From positions 5,549-60,347 of the forward strand of contig CAYPGK010000009.1 in the NCBI GenBank assembly GCA_964410055.1: 54,799 nucleotides of DNA. The letters are read 5' to 3'. The notes under the pieces were generated by a model. The model was not told the origin of the DNA and did not search any database. It saw only the letters and a list, made by a program, of their open reading frames with translations. Shown here piece after piece: positions 44,568 to 54,297 of the stretch (positions are counted from its first letter, which is position 1; each line of letters starts with the position of its first letter). The translations under genes and the position numbers were made by a program. The DNA is from an uncultured Gemmatimonadaceae bacterium (lineage in GTDB: Bacteria > Gemmatimonadota > Gemmatimonadetes > Longimicrobiales > RSA9).

Positions 44568-45113
44568 GTGGTGACGAGGATCCTGGTTTTCGTGTCCGTC
44601 GGCTTCACGCTGGGCGTGACCCTCGGCTCCGCCGTGAGGGTCATGACGACGCCGGACCCGATCGTGGTGGAGGAGCCGGACGAAGCGGGCGCAACTTCGG
44701 GGCCGGAGGCACAGCCGTCCGGGGATACGACGACTTCGACGCCGTCCGGCGGCGCGCCGCCGGCGCAGATGTCGGTCGGCGACGGAGCGTCGCACACAGG
44801 CGGGCTGGCGGACGGGGCGCCCGCCGAGCCGAGGCGGCCGGCGCCCGTGCTGACCCAGGTTGCACCGGCCACCGCCACCCGACCCGGCGGGGAAGACGCG
44901 TCCGAACCAGATGGCTCGGCACGGCTCGGCAAGATCTTCGCCGCCATGGATGCCCGGGACGCCGCCCGCGTCCTGGAGATGCTCGATGACCACGAGGTCC
45001 GCTCGATCCTGTCCCACATGACCGACAGGCACGCGGCAGCGATCCTCGGACACTTCGATCCCGCGCGCGCCGCGACGCTGAGCCGCGTGGTGCTGGGAGC
45101 CCCGGCGCGATGA
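44568..45113 (+). CDS. MotE/YlxF/FlbB-like flagellar protein (MgtE N-like helical domain)
   Basis: N-terminal TM, low-complexity linker, RLGKIFAAMDARDAARVL...AAAILGHFDPARAA; lies between fliJ and fliK. Confidence 0.8.
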   Translation: MVTRILVFVSVGFTLGVTLGSAVRVMTTPDPIVVEEPDEAGATSGPEAQPSGDTTTSTPSGGAPPAQMSVGDGASHTGGLADGAPAEPRRPAPVLTQVAPATATRPGGEDASEPDGSARLGKIFAAMDARDAARVLEMLDDHEVRSILSHMTDRHAAAILGHFDPARAATLSRVVLGAPAR

Positions 45114-46765
45114 TGGAGGTCGCGATGTTCCTCGGAGGCGATTCGGCCGTGAGCCGCACCGAGTCCGTCGGCTCGCCCAGCGGGCGCGCCCGGCGCGGAC
45201 AGGGGGCGGACGCGGCTGAGCACGACGCCGCGACCTTCGCCGCCGCGCTCATGTCGGCGCAGATGCGCACGGAGCCCGCGCCGGACGTGCTCCGGATCGA
45301 CGCCTCGCTCGAGCGCCTGGACCCGCAGTTCCGTGCGCGGCTCGAGCGGGTCATGGAGCGGATGCGGGACGAGTACGGCCACGAGGTGCGGCTCGTGGAA
45401 GGGTTCCGTGACGGCGCGCGGCAGGACTACCTCTACGCCCAGGGGCGCACCCGGCCGGGGCCGATCGTGACGTGGACGCGCGATTCCGCTCACGAACGCG
45501 GCCTGGCCGCCGACCTCCTCGTCGACGGCCGCTACGACAACCCGGAAGGGTACGCGCGGCTCGCGCAGGTCGCCCGCGAGGAGGGGCTCCGCACCCTCGG
45601 ACCGATGGACGCGGGACACGTCGAGCTGGCCGACAAGCCGACCTCGCCACAGGCAGCGACTGCGGCACGGACTGCGACCGACGCCGCGACGGCCCGCGCT
45701 GCGCTCCAGCCGATGCCTCCGCCCACGGCCCAGCCGACGGGCACGATCGCCCGGCCGGCGGCGCCGGCGGAGGTCGCGGCCGTCGCACCGGTCGCGGTCC
45801 CGGCGGCGGCATCCGTGGCGCGGGTCGCCACGGTGGCCCGGACCGCTCCGGCGTCTTTCGCCGGACTGCACTCGAACCAGGCGCAGGGCACACGCTCCGT
45901 CGCCGGCCAGGGCGCTGCGGTGGGCATCCCGGTCGCACCGAATGCCGCGGGCGAATCGGTGGGGAGCGCCATGCCGGGCCTGAACGACGCGGCGGAGCGG
46001 GTTGACGTCGCCTCGAATGCCGACCGCTCCGGCCGGCCGGGCGATATTCCGACGGCCTCATTGGCGGTCGAGGCCGCGACAGTCGCACGGGCGTCCGCGC
46101 CCCGGCGCGGCGCATCCGACGACGCGGCCGACTCCGGCACTCGAGACGCGCCGGACGCACTCGGCTTCGATCCGGCCACTTCCCGCACGGCCGACGCCCC
46201 GGCCGGCGACGTAGCGAGTGGCCCGTCGAGCACGGCCACGGCCTCCGGCGTCGCACAGGGCGCCGCGAGCACGGCCGCAGCCGGCGCGGGCGCGATCGAG
46301 CGCGCGGAGCAGATCCTGGAGCTCCAGGAAGCCGCAGCGGCGGCGCCGCGTTCACGCGTCGTCGTGCGCGTCGAGGATGGGGACGGCGGGGTCGGGCGCG
46401 TGCGGGTCGATCTGCGCGGCGCATCGGTCGATGCCGAGATCGCGGTTCCGGACCGGGAGCTCGCCGCCCGTCTCGATTCGCAGATGGATGCGCTGGACCG
46501 CGCGCTCCGGCGGGAGGGGCTGATGCCGGAAGCGCTGCGCGCCCACGCGGCGCCGGCGGCGGAGCACGGCGATGTCGCACGATTCTCCGCGCCCGGCGCT
46601 GCGATCGCGCAGGAGGCGACGCCCGGCGCCGCAGCGGACGCCGCGACCGACCGCGACCACCGCCGCGGCCATGATGACCCGACCCGCGATGCGCCCCGGC
46701 GCGACGGCGAGGAGCGACGGCATTCACCGAGAGAGGACCGCCACGAGAGGGGGCGCCCATGGTGA
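45110..46765 (+). CDS. fliK: FliK-like hook-length control protein with N-terminal M15 peptidase domain
   Basis: Residues ~62-173: EGFR..RQ..LYAQGRT.PGPIVT, SAHERGLAAD, DAGHVE; Ala/Pro/Thr-rich linker; FliK_C-like segment at 46349-46522; directly upstream of flgD. Confidence 0.75.
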   Translation: MMEVAMFLGGDSAVSRTESVGSPSGRARRGQGADAAEHDAATFAAALMSAQMRTEPAPDVLRIDASLERLDPQFRARLERVMERMRDEYGHEVRLVEGFRDGARQDYLYAQGRTRPGPIVTWTRDSAHERGLAADLLVDGRYDNPEGYARLAQVAREEGLRTLGPMDAGHVELADKPTSPQAATAARTATDAATARAALQPMPPPTAQPTGTIARPAAPAEVAAVAPVAVPAAASVARVATVARTAPASFAGLHSNQAQGTRSVAGQGAAVGIPVAPNAAGESVGSAMPGLNDAAERVDVASNADRSGRPGDIPTASLAVEAATVARASAPRRGASDDAADSGTRDAPDALGFDPATSRTADAPAGDVASGPSSTATASGVAQGAASTAAAGAGAIERAEQILELQEAAAAAPRSRVVVRVEDGDGGVGRVRVDLRGASVDAEIAVPDRELAARLDSQMDALDRALRREGLMPEALRAHAAPAAEHGDVARFSAPGAAIAQEATPGAAADAATDRDHRRGHDDPTRDAPRRDGEERRHSPREDRHERGRPW

Positions 46766-47427
46766 CCACACCCGTGACCACGTCCGCGCCGGCGGCGCAC
46801 GCCGCGCTCGCGACGGCGGGCGGCCAGCTCGGCAAGCAGGAGTTCCTGGAGCTCCTGGTCGCCCAGCTCCGCCATCAGGACCCGCTCAACCCCATGCAGC
46901 CGCAGGACATGGCGGCGCAGCTCGCGCAGTTCAGCAGCGTCGAGCAGCTCATCACGCTGAACGACCAGATGGCCGTCCAGATCGCCTTCGGTGAGGCGGT
47001 CGTCCACGGCCTCGCCAGCGGCACGGCGATCGGCGTCCTCGGCAGGAACGTCCTCGCCCGGTCCGACCGGGTCGAGATCGGCAAGGGCGGAAGCGACGCC
47101 ATCACGGTCGAGGTCGGCGGCGCGGGCGGCGCAGCGCGGCTCACGCTCCTCGATGCCGACGGCAAGGAGGTCGGCTCGCGCGACCTCGGCAGCCTCGCCG
47201 CGGGCCGCCACACCGTCGAGATCGGCAACGCGGCAAAGGGCCTGAAGGACGGCGTCTACAACGTCGTCGTCGAGGTCGTCGACGCCGACGGCGGCGACGT
47301 CGCCACCGTCACCTACGTGAACGTCCGCATCGATGGCGTGCGCAACACCGACCACGGCATCGTCCTGGCCGCCGGAGCGCTCGAGCTCGAAATGCGGGAC
47401 ATCGTCGAAGTCTTCCACAACCCGTAA
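46759..47427 (+). CDS. flgD: Hook capping protein FlgD
   Basis: LGKQEFLELLVAQLRHQDPLNPM and AQLAQFSSVEQL motifs. Confidence 0.95.
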   Translation: MVTTPVTTSAPAAHAALATAGGQLGKQEFLELLVAQLRHQDPLNPMQPQDMAAQLAQFSSVEQLITLNDQMAVQIAFGEAVVHGLASGTAIGVLGRNVLARSDRVEIGKGGSDAITVEVGGAGGAARLTLLDADGKEVGSRDLGSLAAGRHTVEIGNAAKGLKDGVYNVVVEVVDADGGDVATVTYVNVRIDGVRNTDHGIVLAAGALELEMRDIVEVFHNP

Positions 47428-47441
47428 CCTGGGGGATCATC

Positions 47442-48722
47442 ATGATGCGATCGCTTTTCTCCGGCGTGTCCGGCCTCCGCAACCATCAGGTGCGGATGGA
47501 CGTGATCGGCAACAACATCGCGAACGTCAACACCGTCGGCTACAAGGCGAGCCGGGTCACCTTCGAGGAAGCCTTCGCGCAGCTCGTCCAGGGCGCGAGC
47601 CGCCCGCCCGGAGACGACTCCGCGGTCAGCGGCGGCGTGAACCCGATCCAGGTCGGGCTCGGCATGAACATCAGCAGCATCGACCTGCTCTTCACGCAGG
47701 GGAACCTGGAATCGACCGGCGTCGTCACCGACCTGGCGATCCAGGGCGACTCCTTCTTCGTCGTCTCCGACGGCTCGTCGCGTTACTACACCCGCTCGGG
47801 GAACTTCCAGCTCGACGCGGGCGGCCGCCTCGTCGCCGCCACCAACGGCTTCGTCGTCCAGGGCCGCATGGCCACGCCCGACGGCACGCTCAGGGAGACG
47901 ATCACCGACATCGTGCTGCCGTTCGGCCAGAAGTCGCCCGCGCGCGCGACCGAGCGCGTCTCGATCGGCGGCAACCTGGACTCCGGCGCGGGCGCCGGCG
48001 CCGCGCCCGAGACCACCATCACGATCTACGACGAACAGGGGAACGAGGTCGAGCTCAAGCTCGTCTTCACCAAGACGTACACCGACCCGACCGATCCCGC
48101 CTACGACCCGAACGTCTGGGACGTCGAAATCTTCGCCGACGGCGCGGCGGTGGCCACGACCACGCTCGAATTCACATCCAACGGCACCCTCGCTGCCGTC
48201 GACGGTGATGCCACCTCCGCAGATTTCTCGTTCACATTCCCGGCGCCGACCGGGTCGAACCAGACCGTCACCATCGACTTCGGCACCATCGGCGGGATCG
48301 ACGGGCTCTCCCAGTTCGCACGGCCCACGACCGCCGTCCTCCGCGAGCAGGACGGCTACACCATGGGCGAGCTCCAGAACATCAGCATCGACCCCGACGG
48401 CGTCATCAGCGGCTCCTTCAGCAACGGGGTCACGCTGACGCTCGCGCAGATCGTCCTGGCCGACTTCAACAACCCGACCGGCCTCATCCGGAGCGGGGAC
48501 AACATGTACCAGGTCTCGGCCAACTCTGGCCCCGCCGTCCTCGGCTTCGCCGGCGAGGGCTCGAGGTCGATGATCACCTCGGGCGCGCTCGAGATGTCCA
48601 ACGTCGACCTGGCCCAGGAGTTCACCAACATGATCACCGCGCAGCGCGGCTTCCAGTCGAACGCGCGCGTGATCACCGCCAGCGACGAGATGCTCCAGGA
48701 GCTCGTCAGCCTCAAGCGCTAA
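47442..48722 (+). CDS. flgE: Hook protein FlgE
   Basis: MMRSLFSGVSGL, GNNIANVNTVGYK, DLAIQGD, YTRSGNF and LEMSNVDLAQEF..MITAQRGFQ motifs. Confidence 0.96.
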   Translation: MMRSLFSGVSGLRNHQVRMDVIGNNIANVNTVGYKASRVTFEEAFAQLVQGASRPPGDDSAVSGGVNPIQVGLGMNISSIDLLFTQGNLESTGVVTDLAIQGDSFFVVSDGSSRYYTRSGNFQLDAGGRLVAATNGFVVQGRMATPDGTLRETITDIVLPFGQKSPARATERVSIGGNLDSGAGAGAAPETTITIYDEQGNEVELKLVFTKTYTDPTDPAYDPNVWDVEIFADGAAVATTTLEFTSNGTLAAVDGDATSADFSFTFPAPTGSNQTVTIDFGTIGGIDGLSQFARPTTAVLREQDGYTMGELQNISIDPDGVISGSFSNGVTLTLAQIVLADFNNPTGLIRSGDNMYQVSANSGPAVLGFAGEGSRSMITSGALEMSNVDLAQEFTNMITAQRGFQSNARVITASDEMLQELVSLKR

Positions 48723-48735
48723 GGCGCCGCCGTGA

Positions 48736-48770
48736 CCCGGCGACGGGCGGCTTCGGTCGCCCGTCGCGGG
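48736..48770 (+). terminator. Hairpin with cUUCGg loop after flgE
   Basis: GCGACGGGCGGC-TTCG-GTCGCCCGTCGC; no U-tract. Confidence 0.55.
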
Positions 48771-48771
48771 C

Positions 48772-48827
48772 CGGCAAAACCCGCCGCCTGACCCGGCAGA
48801 CCCTGCCGCTCCTGTCAAGGATTGCCT
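48772..48827. promoter_or_regulatory. Putative enhancer boxes upstream of fliL
   Basis: CGGCA-aaacc-CGCCG (48772), CGGCA-gaccc-TGCCG (48794), TGTCA-aggat-TGCCT (48813). Confidence 0.55.
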
Positions 48828-48914
48828 ACCCGTCTTTCGCACGTCCTCGCCGGGCCGTTGTTGTAACCGGTTGTAATCACGCCGTTTGTGGCGCTCGTGT
48901 CCGCCGTGTCCGAG

Positions 48915-48929
48915 CGGCACGGAGTCTGC
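48915..48929 (+). promoter_or_regulatory. Sigma54 -24/-12 promoter of the fliL operon
   Basis: CGGCAC-GGAGT-CTGC; AT-rich IHF-like tract at about 48858-48890. Confidence 0.65.
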
Positions 48930-48987
48930 CCATGTGGTTGGGCGTCGGAGCCGCGAACCAATCAGACTCACAGTTCGGGAGAGCGCA

Positions 48988-49500
48988 ATGGCGCGCAACA
49001 CGGATAGCCACGACGTGACCGGGGGCGGCGGGGGGAATGCCGCGTCGTCCGAGCGGTCGCCGGTGCTGATGTTCGCTCTGGTGGCCGGCCTGGTGTTGGG
49101 CGGCGGGGCGGGGTGGAAGGTGGTCGGCCCGGTGCTGGCGAATCGCGGTGGCGCGGTCGTGGTCGCAGAACGACCGAGCCGGCGTGCGGAGCCGCGGGAG
49201 CGGGCGTACTTCACACTCGAGAACCTGGTCGTCAACCCGGCGGGCACGCGCGGCATGCGGTACCTGGTGATCACGGTCTCGGTCGAGGTGTCGTCGCAGC
49301 GCGTGGCGGACGAGCTGACGGCCCGGGAGGCCGAGGTGCGCGACGCGCTGGTCCGGCTGCTGGGGCGGAAGACGGTGGAGGAGCTAGCGGACGTGGAGAG
49401 GCGGGAGTCGCTGCGGGACGAGATCTACGGCCTCGTCGAGAACATGCTCTCGAGAGGCGACGTCGTGCACGTGTACCTGCCCCTGTACGTGATCCAGTAG
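48988..49500 (+). CDS. fliL: Basal body-associated protein FliL
   Basis: N-terminal TM; LENLVVNPAG..RYL, VRDAL and VYLP.YVIQ motifs; upstream of fliM. Confidence 0.9.
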   Translation: MARNTDSHDVTGGGGGNAASSERSPVLMFALVAGLVLGGGAGWKVVGPVLANRGGAVVVAERPSRRAEPRERAYFTLENLVVNPAGTRGMRYLVITVSVEVSSQRVADELTAREAEVRDALVRLLGRKTVEELADVERRESLRDEIYGLVENMLSRGDVVHVYLPLYVIQ

Positions 49501-49504
49501 AGCC

Positions 49505-50473
49505 ATGACATCGGAGACGCTGTCGCAGGAAGAGATCGACCTGTTGTTCGAGGGCCAGAGGCCATCGAACCCGTCGGTCGCGCGTCCGCGATCGACGGAG
49601 GTGCAGGTCTACGACTTCCGCCGGCCGAGCCGGATCTCGAAGGACCGACTGCGGTCGCTCGAGGCGATGTACGACCTGCTGGCGAAGTCGCTGGAGAACT
49701 GGCTGACCGGGCGCGTGCGCTCGCAGGTCGAGCTGAACCTGCTCGAGGTGCAGCAGTTCAGCTTCAGCGAGTTCCTGCTGTCGTTGCCGACGCCGTGCGC
49801 GTCGTACGTCTTCGACATCAAGGACTCCGGCGGCCAGCAGGGCGTGATCGACTTCGGGCCGGACTTCGCCTTCTTCCTGGTGGACCGTCTTCTCGGCGGG
49901 TCCGGGCCGATCGTGGTGCTGGACCGGTCGCTGACTCCGCTCGAGCGGATGATGGTGCGGATCGCGGCGGACCGTGTCGCGACGCTCCTTTCGGAGATCT
50001 GGCGTGACCACGTGCGGCTGGACCTGGAGCTGACGCGCTTCGAATCGATCCCCGACATGCTCCAGATCGCGAACCGTGAGGATCCGGTCCTGGTCGCGAA
50101 CATCGAGGTGACGGCGGGTGGGACGCGGAGCCCGCTGCTGCTGTGCCTGCCGTTCGGTGTGCTGGAGAAGTTCTTCACGTCTTCGGGGACGCAGCGGGTC
50201 TACGGGCCGCGCGGCGGCGAACGCGAGCGGGAGGCGGACCGTCAGGCCGTCGACGCGTCGCTGCGGCAGACGAACGTGCCGGTGCAGGTCCGGCTGCCGG
50301 AGTTCGAGCTGTCCGTGCAGCAGCTCTCCTCTCTGCGGCCGGGCGGCGTCCTGCTCACCGGCCACGCGCCGGACGGGGAAGTGGAGGTCTACGTCGCCGG
50401 GCAGAAGCGGTTCATGGCGGCGGTCCGCCGCACGGGGCGCAAGCTCGCGGTGAGCATCACCGACGAGGTCTGA
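49505..50473 (+). CDS. fliM: Motor switch protein FliM
   Basis: LSQEEIDLL CheY-binding motif, YDFRRP, VDRLLGG, LTPLE. Confidence 0.94.
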   Translation: MTSETLSQEEIDLLFEGQRPSNPSVARPRSTEVQVYDFRRPSRISKDRLRSLEAMYDLLAKSLENWLTGRVRSQVELNLLEVQQFSFSEFLLSLPTPCASYVFDIKDSGGQQGVIDFGPDFAFFLVDRLLGGSGPIVVLDRSLTPLERMMVRIAADRVATLLSEIWRDHVRLDLELTRFESIPDMLQIANREDPVLVANIEVTAGGTRSPLLLCLPFGVLEKFFTSSGTQRVYGPRGGEREREADRQAVDASLRQTNVPVQVRLPEFELSVQQLSSLRPGGVLLTGHAPDGEVEVYVAGQKRFMAAVRRTGRKLAVSITDEV

Positions 50474-50512
50474 GGCGAGAACGTGGCAATCACGAAGGGC
50501 ACTGGAGGCGGG

Positions 50513-50872
50513 ATGGATACGACGGGGAACCCGACGGGTCAGGGCGCACCGGAGGCGGTCGTGCCGCCGACGGCGGAGAAGCAGGGAGCCGCTGCGACGA
50601 ACGGGGCGGCGGCGCCGATCGCCGTGGTCTACGACCTGATGCTTCCGGTCATCATCGAGCTCGGCCGGACGAAGATGACGATCCAGGAGATCCTCGAGCT
50701 GAGTCGTGGCTCGGTCATCGAGCTGGACCGTCTGGTCGGCGAGCCGATCGACATCTACGCGGGCGACCGCCGCTTCGCCGAGGGCGAGGTGGTGGTAATC
50801 GGCGAACAGTTCGGCGTGCGGATCACGCGGATCCTCCCGTCGGCGCAGCCCGAGGCGCGGGTCAACGGATGA
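50513..50872 (+). CDS. fliN: Motor switch protein FliN
   Basis: GGAGG RBS before ATG 50513; IELGRT, GSVIELDR and GEVVVI..FGVRIT motifs. Confidence 0.93.
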   Translation: MDTTGNPTGQGAPEAVVPPTAEKQGAAATNGAAAPIAVVYDLMLPVIIELGRTKMTIQEILELSRGSVIELDRLVGEPIDIYAGDRRFAEGEVVVIGEQFGVRITRILPSAQPEARVNG

Positions 50873-52143
50873 TGACTCCGCTGCTCCTCGCGGGCGCGGC
50901 CATGGCCGTGCTCCTGGTGGGCGTGGCGCTGGCGTTCCGGGCCGTGAACCGCTTCGCCCTGGGCGGCCGGCTGGGCGCCGGGCGCTCGGCGTTCTCGGTC
51001 GTGGCCCGTGTCGGGCTCGGACCGCGCCAGGGGCTGGCGGTCGTCCGGGTCGGCGAGCGCGGCGTCGTCGTCTCGCTGGGCGAGGGCGGCGTGCACCGGG
51101 TGCTCGAGCTGAGCCCCGAAGAACTGGCCGGCGTCGAGGCGAGCAGCGGGATCGGCGCGGCCCAGGCGAGCGCGCTGGGCAGTGCCGCGGCCGCGCGCGT
51201 CGGGCGCCGGCTGCGCAGCTTCATCGCGTTCTCGGCGGCCGTTGCGCTGCCGTTCGCTGCAAACCTCACGCGGCCCGCGGTGGCGAGCGCCGCGCCGGTG
51301 GAGGTGGCCGACGTCGCGGCGGTCGGGCTGGCCAACGTCGCGGCGGTCGAGGCGTCGGACGACGCACCGGTCGACGCGGCCGCAGTCGCGTCACCGATCG
51401 TGCAGCAGCCCGCGGCCCAGGTGCCCGCCGGGTCGGGCGCCGCCGCGATCGACAGCGTCGCATCCCGGCTGCTCCCGCAGATCGGCGTCACGCTCGGCTC
51501 CGACGACGACGGACTGCGCCTGAGCGGCACCGTCGGCATGGTGATCGTGATCGGACTCCTCACGACGCTGCCGACACTGCTGCTCCTGATGACGAGCTTC
51601 ACGCGGATCTTGGTCGTGCTGCACTTCCTCAGGCAGGCGCTGGGCACGCAGAGCGCGCCACCGGCGCACCTGATGGCGGCGCTCGCGCTGCTGCTGACCG
51701 GGTTCGTCATGGCGCCCACGCTGCGCGAGGTGAACGCCACGGCGCTGCAGCCGTGGACGGAAGGCGAGATCACGGAGGGCGAGATGCTGTCCGCGGCGGC
51801 CGTGCCGATGCGCGCGTTCATGCTGCGGCAGACGCGCGAGGAGGATCTGGCGCTCTTCCTAGAGCTGAGCGAGACCGGCCCGGTCGCGACCGAGGACGAG
51901 ATCCCGCTCGCCACGCTCATGTCCGCCTTCGCGGTCGGCGAGCTGCGCACGGCGTTCCAGATCGGCTTCGCGATTTTCCTCCCCTTCGTCGTGATCGACA
52001 TCGTCGTGGCCGCGGTGCTGACCAGCATGGGGATGTTCATGCTGCCGCCCGCGATGATCGCGCTGCCGCTGAAGCTGATGCTGTTCGTGTTGGTCGACGG
52101 CTGGACGCTCGTCGTCCAGAGTCTGTTCGAGAGCTTCCTGTAG
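50869..52143 (+). CDS. fliP: Fused FliO-FliP flagellar export protein
   Basis: ATGA overlap with fliN; N-terminal TM + VVARVGLGPRQGLAVVRVG (FliO-like); C-terminal MTSFTRI, RQALG, ELRTAFQIGF, LPLKLMLFVLVDGW (FliP); no internal stop. Confidence 0.9.
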   Translation: MMTPLLLAGAAMAVLLVGVALAFRAVNRFALGGRLGAGRSAFSVVARVGLGPRQGLAVVRVGERGVVVSLGEGGVHRVLELSPEELAGVEASSGIGAAQASALGSAAAARVGRRLRSFIAFSAAVALPFAANLTRPAVASAAPVEVADVAAVGLANVAAVEASDDAPVDAAAVASPIVQQPAAQVPAGSGAAAIDSVASRLLPQIGVTLGSDDDGLRLSGTVGMVIVIGLLTTLPTLLLLMTSFTRILVVLHFLRQALGTQSAPPAHLMAALALLLTGFVMAPTLREVNATALQPWTEGEITEGEMLSAAAVPMRAFMLRQTREEDLALFLELSETGPVATEDEIPLATLMSAFAVGELRTAFQIGFAIFLPFVVIDIVVAAVLTSMGMFMLPPAMIALPLKLMLFVLVDGWTLVVQSLFESFL

Positions 52144-52155
52144 GAGACGGCGCAC

Positions 52156-52425
52156 GTGTCGTACGCGATCGTGGTGGACCTCGCGCGTAACGCCCTGATG
52201 TTCGCGCTCCTGATCGGCGGGCCGCTGCTCGCCGTCGCGCTCGTGGTCGGCCTGATGGTCAGCGTGCTCCAGGCGGCCACGCAGATCCAGGAGCAGACGC
52301 TGGTCGTGGTCGCGAAGTTCTTTGCCGTCGGCTCGATCTTCCTGATCCTGCTGCCGTGGCTGCTCCAGACGGCGGTCAAGTTCACGACCGAGGTGCTGCG
52401 CAGCGTGCCCGTGATCGTGTCATGA
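52156..52425 (+). CDS. fliQ: Export gate protein FliQ
   Basis: GLMVSVLQAATQIQEQTL motif; 89 aa. Confidence 0.95.
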   Translation: MSYAIVVDLARNALMFALLIGGPLLAVALVVGLMVSVLQAATQIQEQTLVVVAKFFAVGSIFLILLPWLLQTAVKFTTEVLRSVPVIVS

Positions 52426-53204
52426 AGGACCCGTTCCACCTCCTTGCGCCGGGCGGCCCGGCCGCCGTTTCGCTCCTTGCCATGCGGCTGAGCGGGCTGG
52501 TCCTGGTCGCGCCGCTCTACTCGGCACGGACCGTCCCGGTCCCGGTCCGGGTCGCCGTGCTGGTCGTGCTGACGGCGCTCCTCGTGCCGGTCGCGTGGGG
52601 GCACCTCGTGCAGGTGCCGCGGGTCACGCCCGCGACGCTGATCCAGGAGCTGCTGGTCGGCTTCGCGATCGGGCTCGGCGCCGCGGTCCTGGTCGGCGCC
52701 GCGGAGGTGGCCGGCGACTACGTCTCGATCCAGACGGGACTCTCGAGCGCCGGGCTCCTCGACCCGGTCAGCGGCGCGACCGTGCCGACGCTCGGCCAGT
52801 TCACGCACCTGTTCGCGCTCACCCTGTTCCTGACGCTGAACGGGCACGTGCTGGTCCTCGAGGCGCTCGCCGCGAGCACCGAGGTGATCCCGGTCGGCGC
52901 CGCGCTGTCTGCGGAGGACGGGCTCGGTGAGCTGGTCCGGCTGGGGAGTGAGTTGTTCGTGATCGGGCTGCGCATCGCCGCGCCGGTGATCGTGGCGGTC
53001 CTGATCACCAACCTGGCGCTCGGGATCCTGAGCAAGGCTGCGCCGCAGTTCAACGTGCTGATGATGGCGTTCCCGATCCAGATCGGGATCGGCCTGCTCG
53101 TGCTCGGCCTCACGCTGCCGCTGGTGGCGGCGTTCGTCTCGACCTGGCCGGGCGCGTACGAGAGTCTGACGTCGCGCCTCATCGAGGCGCTGCGAGGGCA
53201 GTGA
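52422..53204 (+). CDS. fliR: Export gate protein FliR
   Basis: ATGA overlap; ELLVG, QTGLS, LNGH and KAAPQFN..FP motifs; multi-TM. Confidence 0.93.
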   Translation: MKDPFHLLAPGGPAAVSLLAMRLSGLVLVAPLYSARTVPVPVRVAVLVVLTALLVPVAWGHLVQVPRVTPATLIQELLVGFAIGLGAAVLVGAAEVAGDYVSIQTGLSSAGLLDPVSGATVPTLGQFTHLFALTLFLTLNGHVLVLEALAASTEVIPVGAALSAEDGLGELVRLGSELFVIGLRIAAPVIVAVLITNLALGILSKAAPQFNVLMMAFPIQIGIGLLVLGLTLPLVAAFVSTWPGAYESLTSRLIEALRGQ

Positions 53205-53205
53205 G

Positions 53206-54297
53206 ATGTCCGAATCGTTCCAGGAGAAGACCGAAGCCCCGACTCCGCGGCGGCGCGAAGACGCGCGCCGCAAGGGGCAGATCGCCAGGAGCGCAGAGGT
53301 CGGCACGGCGTGCGTGCTCCTCGGCGCGGCGGGCGTCGTCCAGTTCGGCGGCCGCGTGCTGGGTCTCGACCTCGTCGCCATCCTGGGCGGCAGCTTCGGC
53401 ACCGCGTCCGTCCCGCCGGTCGGCGTCGACGCGACGGCGGCGTGGCTCCAGGGCGTGGGCTGGATCGTGCTCGGCGCGATCGCTCCCGTCGTGCTCGGCA
53501 TCTCGGGGCTCGTCCTCGCGCTCGGCGCGGTGCAGGGGCGCGGCACGCTGACCATGAAGCCGCTCGAGCCGGACTGGTCGCGCCTCGCGCCGCACAAGAA
53601 CCTGCGACGCCTCTTCGGCGTGCGTCCCCTCGTCGAACTGGCGAAGTCGGTCCTCAAGCTCTGCATCGTCGCCGTCGCGATCTACCTCGCGATCGGCGGC
53701 GCGTGGTCGGAGATCCTGGCGCTGCCGCAGCAGGCGCCCGGCGCGGTGCTCGGCATCGTGCACCGGCTCGCGACTCGGCTCTTCCTCACCGCCGGTCTCG
53801 CGTTCCTCGCCCTCGCCGCGGCCGACTACTTCTACCAGCTCTGGGAGCACGAGCGCGGGCTGCGCATGACGAAGGAGGAGGTCAAGCAGGAGCTCAAGGA
53901 CACCGAGGGCGATCCGATGATCCGGTCGCGCATGCGCGCCCTCGGCCGCTCGCTCGCGCGTCGCCGCATGATGGCCGAGGTCCCGACCGCGGACGTCGTC
54001 GTCACGAACCCGACGCACATCGCCGTCGCGCTCCGCTACGACCCGTCGGTCGCGGCGGCGCCGATCGTGGTCGCGATGGGCGAGCGCAAGCTGGCGCAGC
54101 GCATCAAGGAGATCGCGCTCGCGGCCGGCGTGCCGGTGATCGAGAACCGGCCCCTCGCGCGGGCACTGCTCGCCACGGGCCGCATCGGGTTGCCCATCCC
54201 GCCCGACCTCTACGTGGCCGTGGCCGAGGTGCTGGCCTTCGTCATCCGGCAGCGGGATGCGCTGCGTAACCGCAAGCGCGGGACGGTGGTCGAATGA
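53206..54297 (+). CDS. flhB: Export switch protein FlhB
   Basis: [30 protein letters not shown] and NPTH autocleavage site. Confidence 0.96.
   Translation: MSESFQEKTEAPTPRRREDARRKGQIARSAEVGTACVLLGAAGVVQFGGRVLGLDLVAILGGSFGTASVPPVGVDATAAWLQGVGWIVLGAIAPVVLGISGLVLALGAVQGRGTLTMKPLEPDWSRLAPHKNLRRLFGVRPLVELAKSVLKLCIVAVAIYLAIGGAWSEILALPQQAPGAVLGIVHRLATRLFLTAGLAFLALAAADYFYQLWEHERGLRMTKEEVKQELKDTEGDPMIRSRMRALGRSLARRRMMAEVPTADVVVTNPTHIAVALRYDPSVAAAPIVVAMGERKLAQRIKEIALAAGVPVIENRPLARALLATGRIGLPIPPDLYVAVAEVLAFVIRQRDALRNRKRGTVVE

Noticed and set aside
45293-45628. Prophage endolysin remnant as the explanation for the M15 domain
   Set aside because: No phage genes nearby; the domain is in frame within a gene overlapping its flagellar neighbours on both sides.
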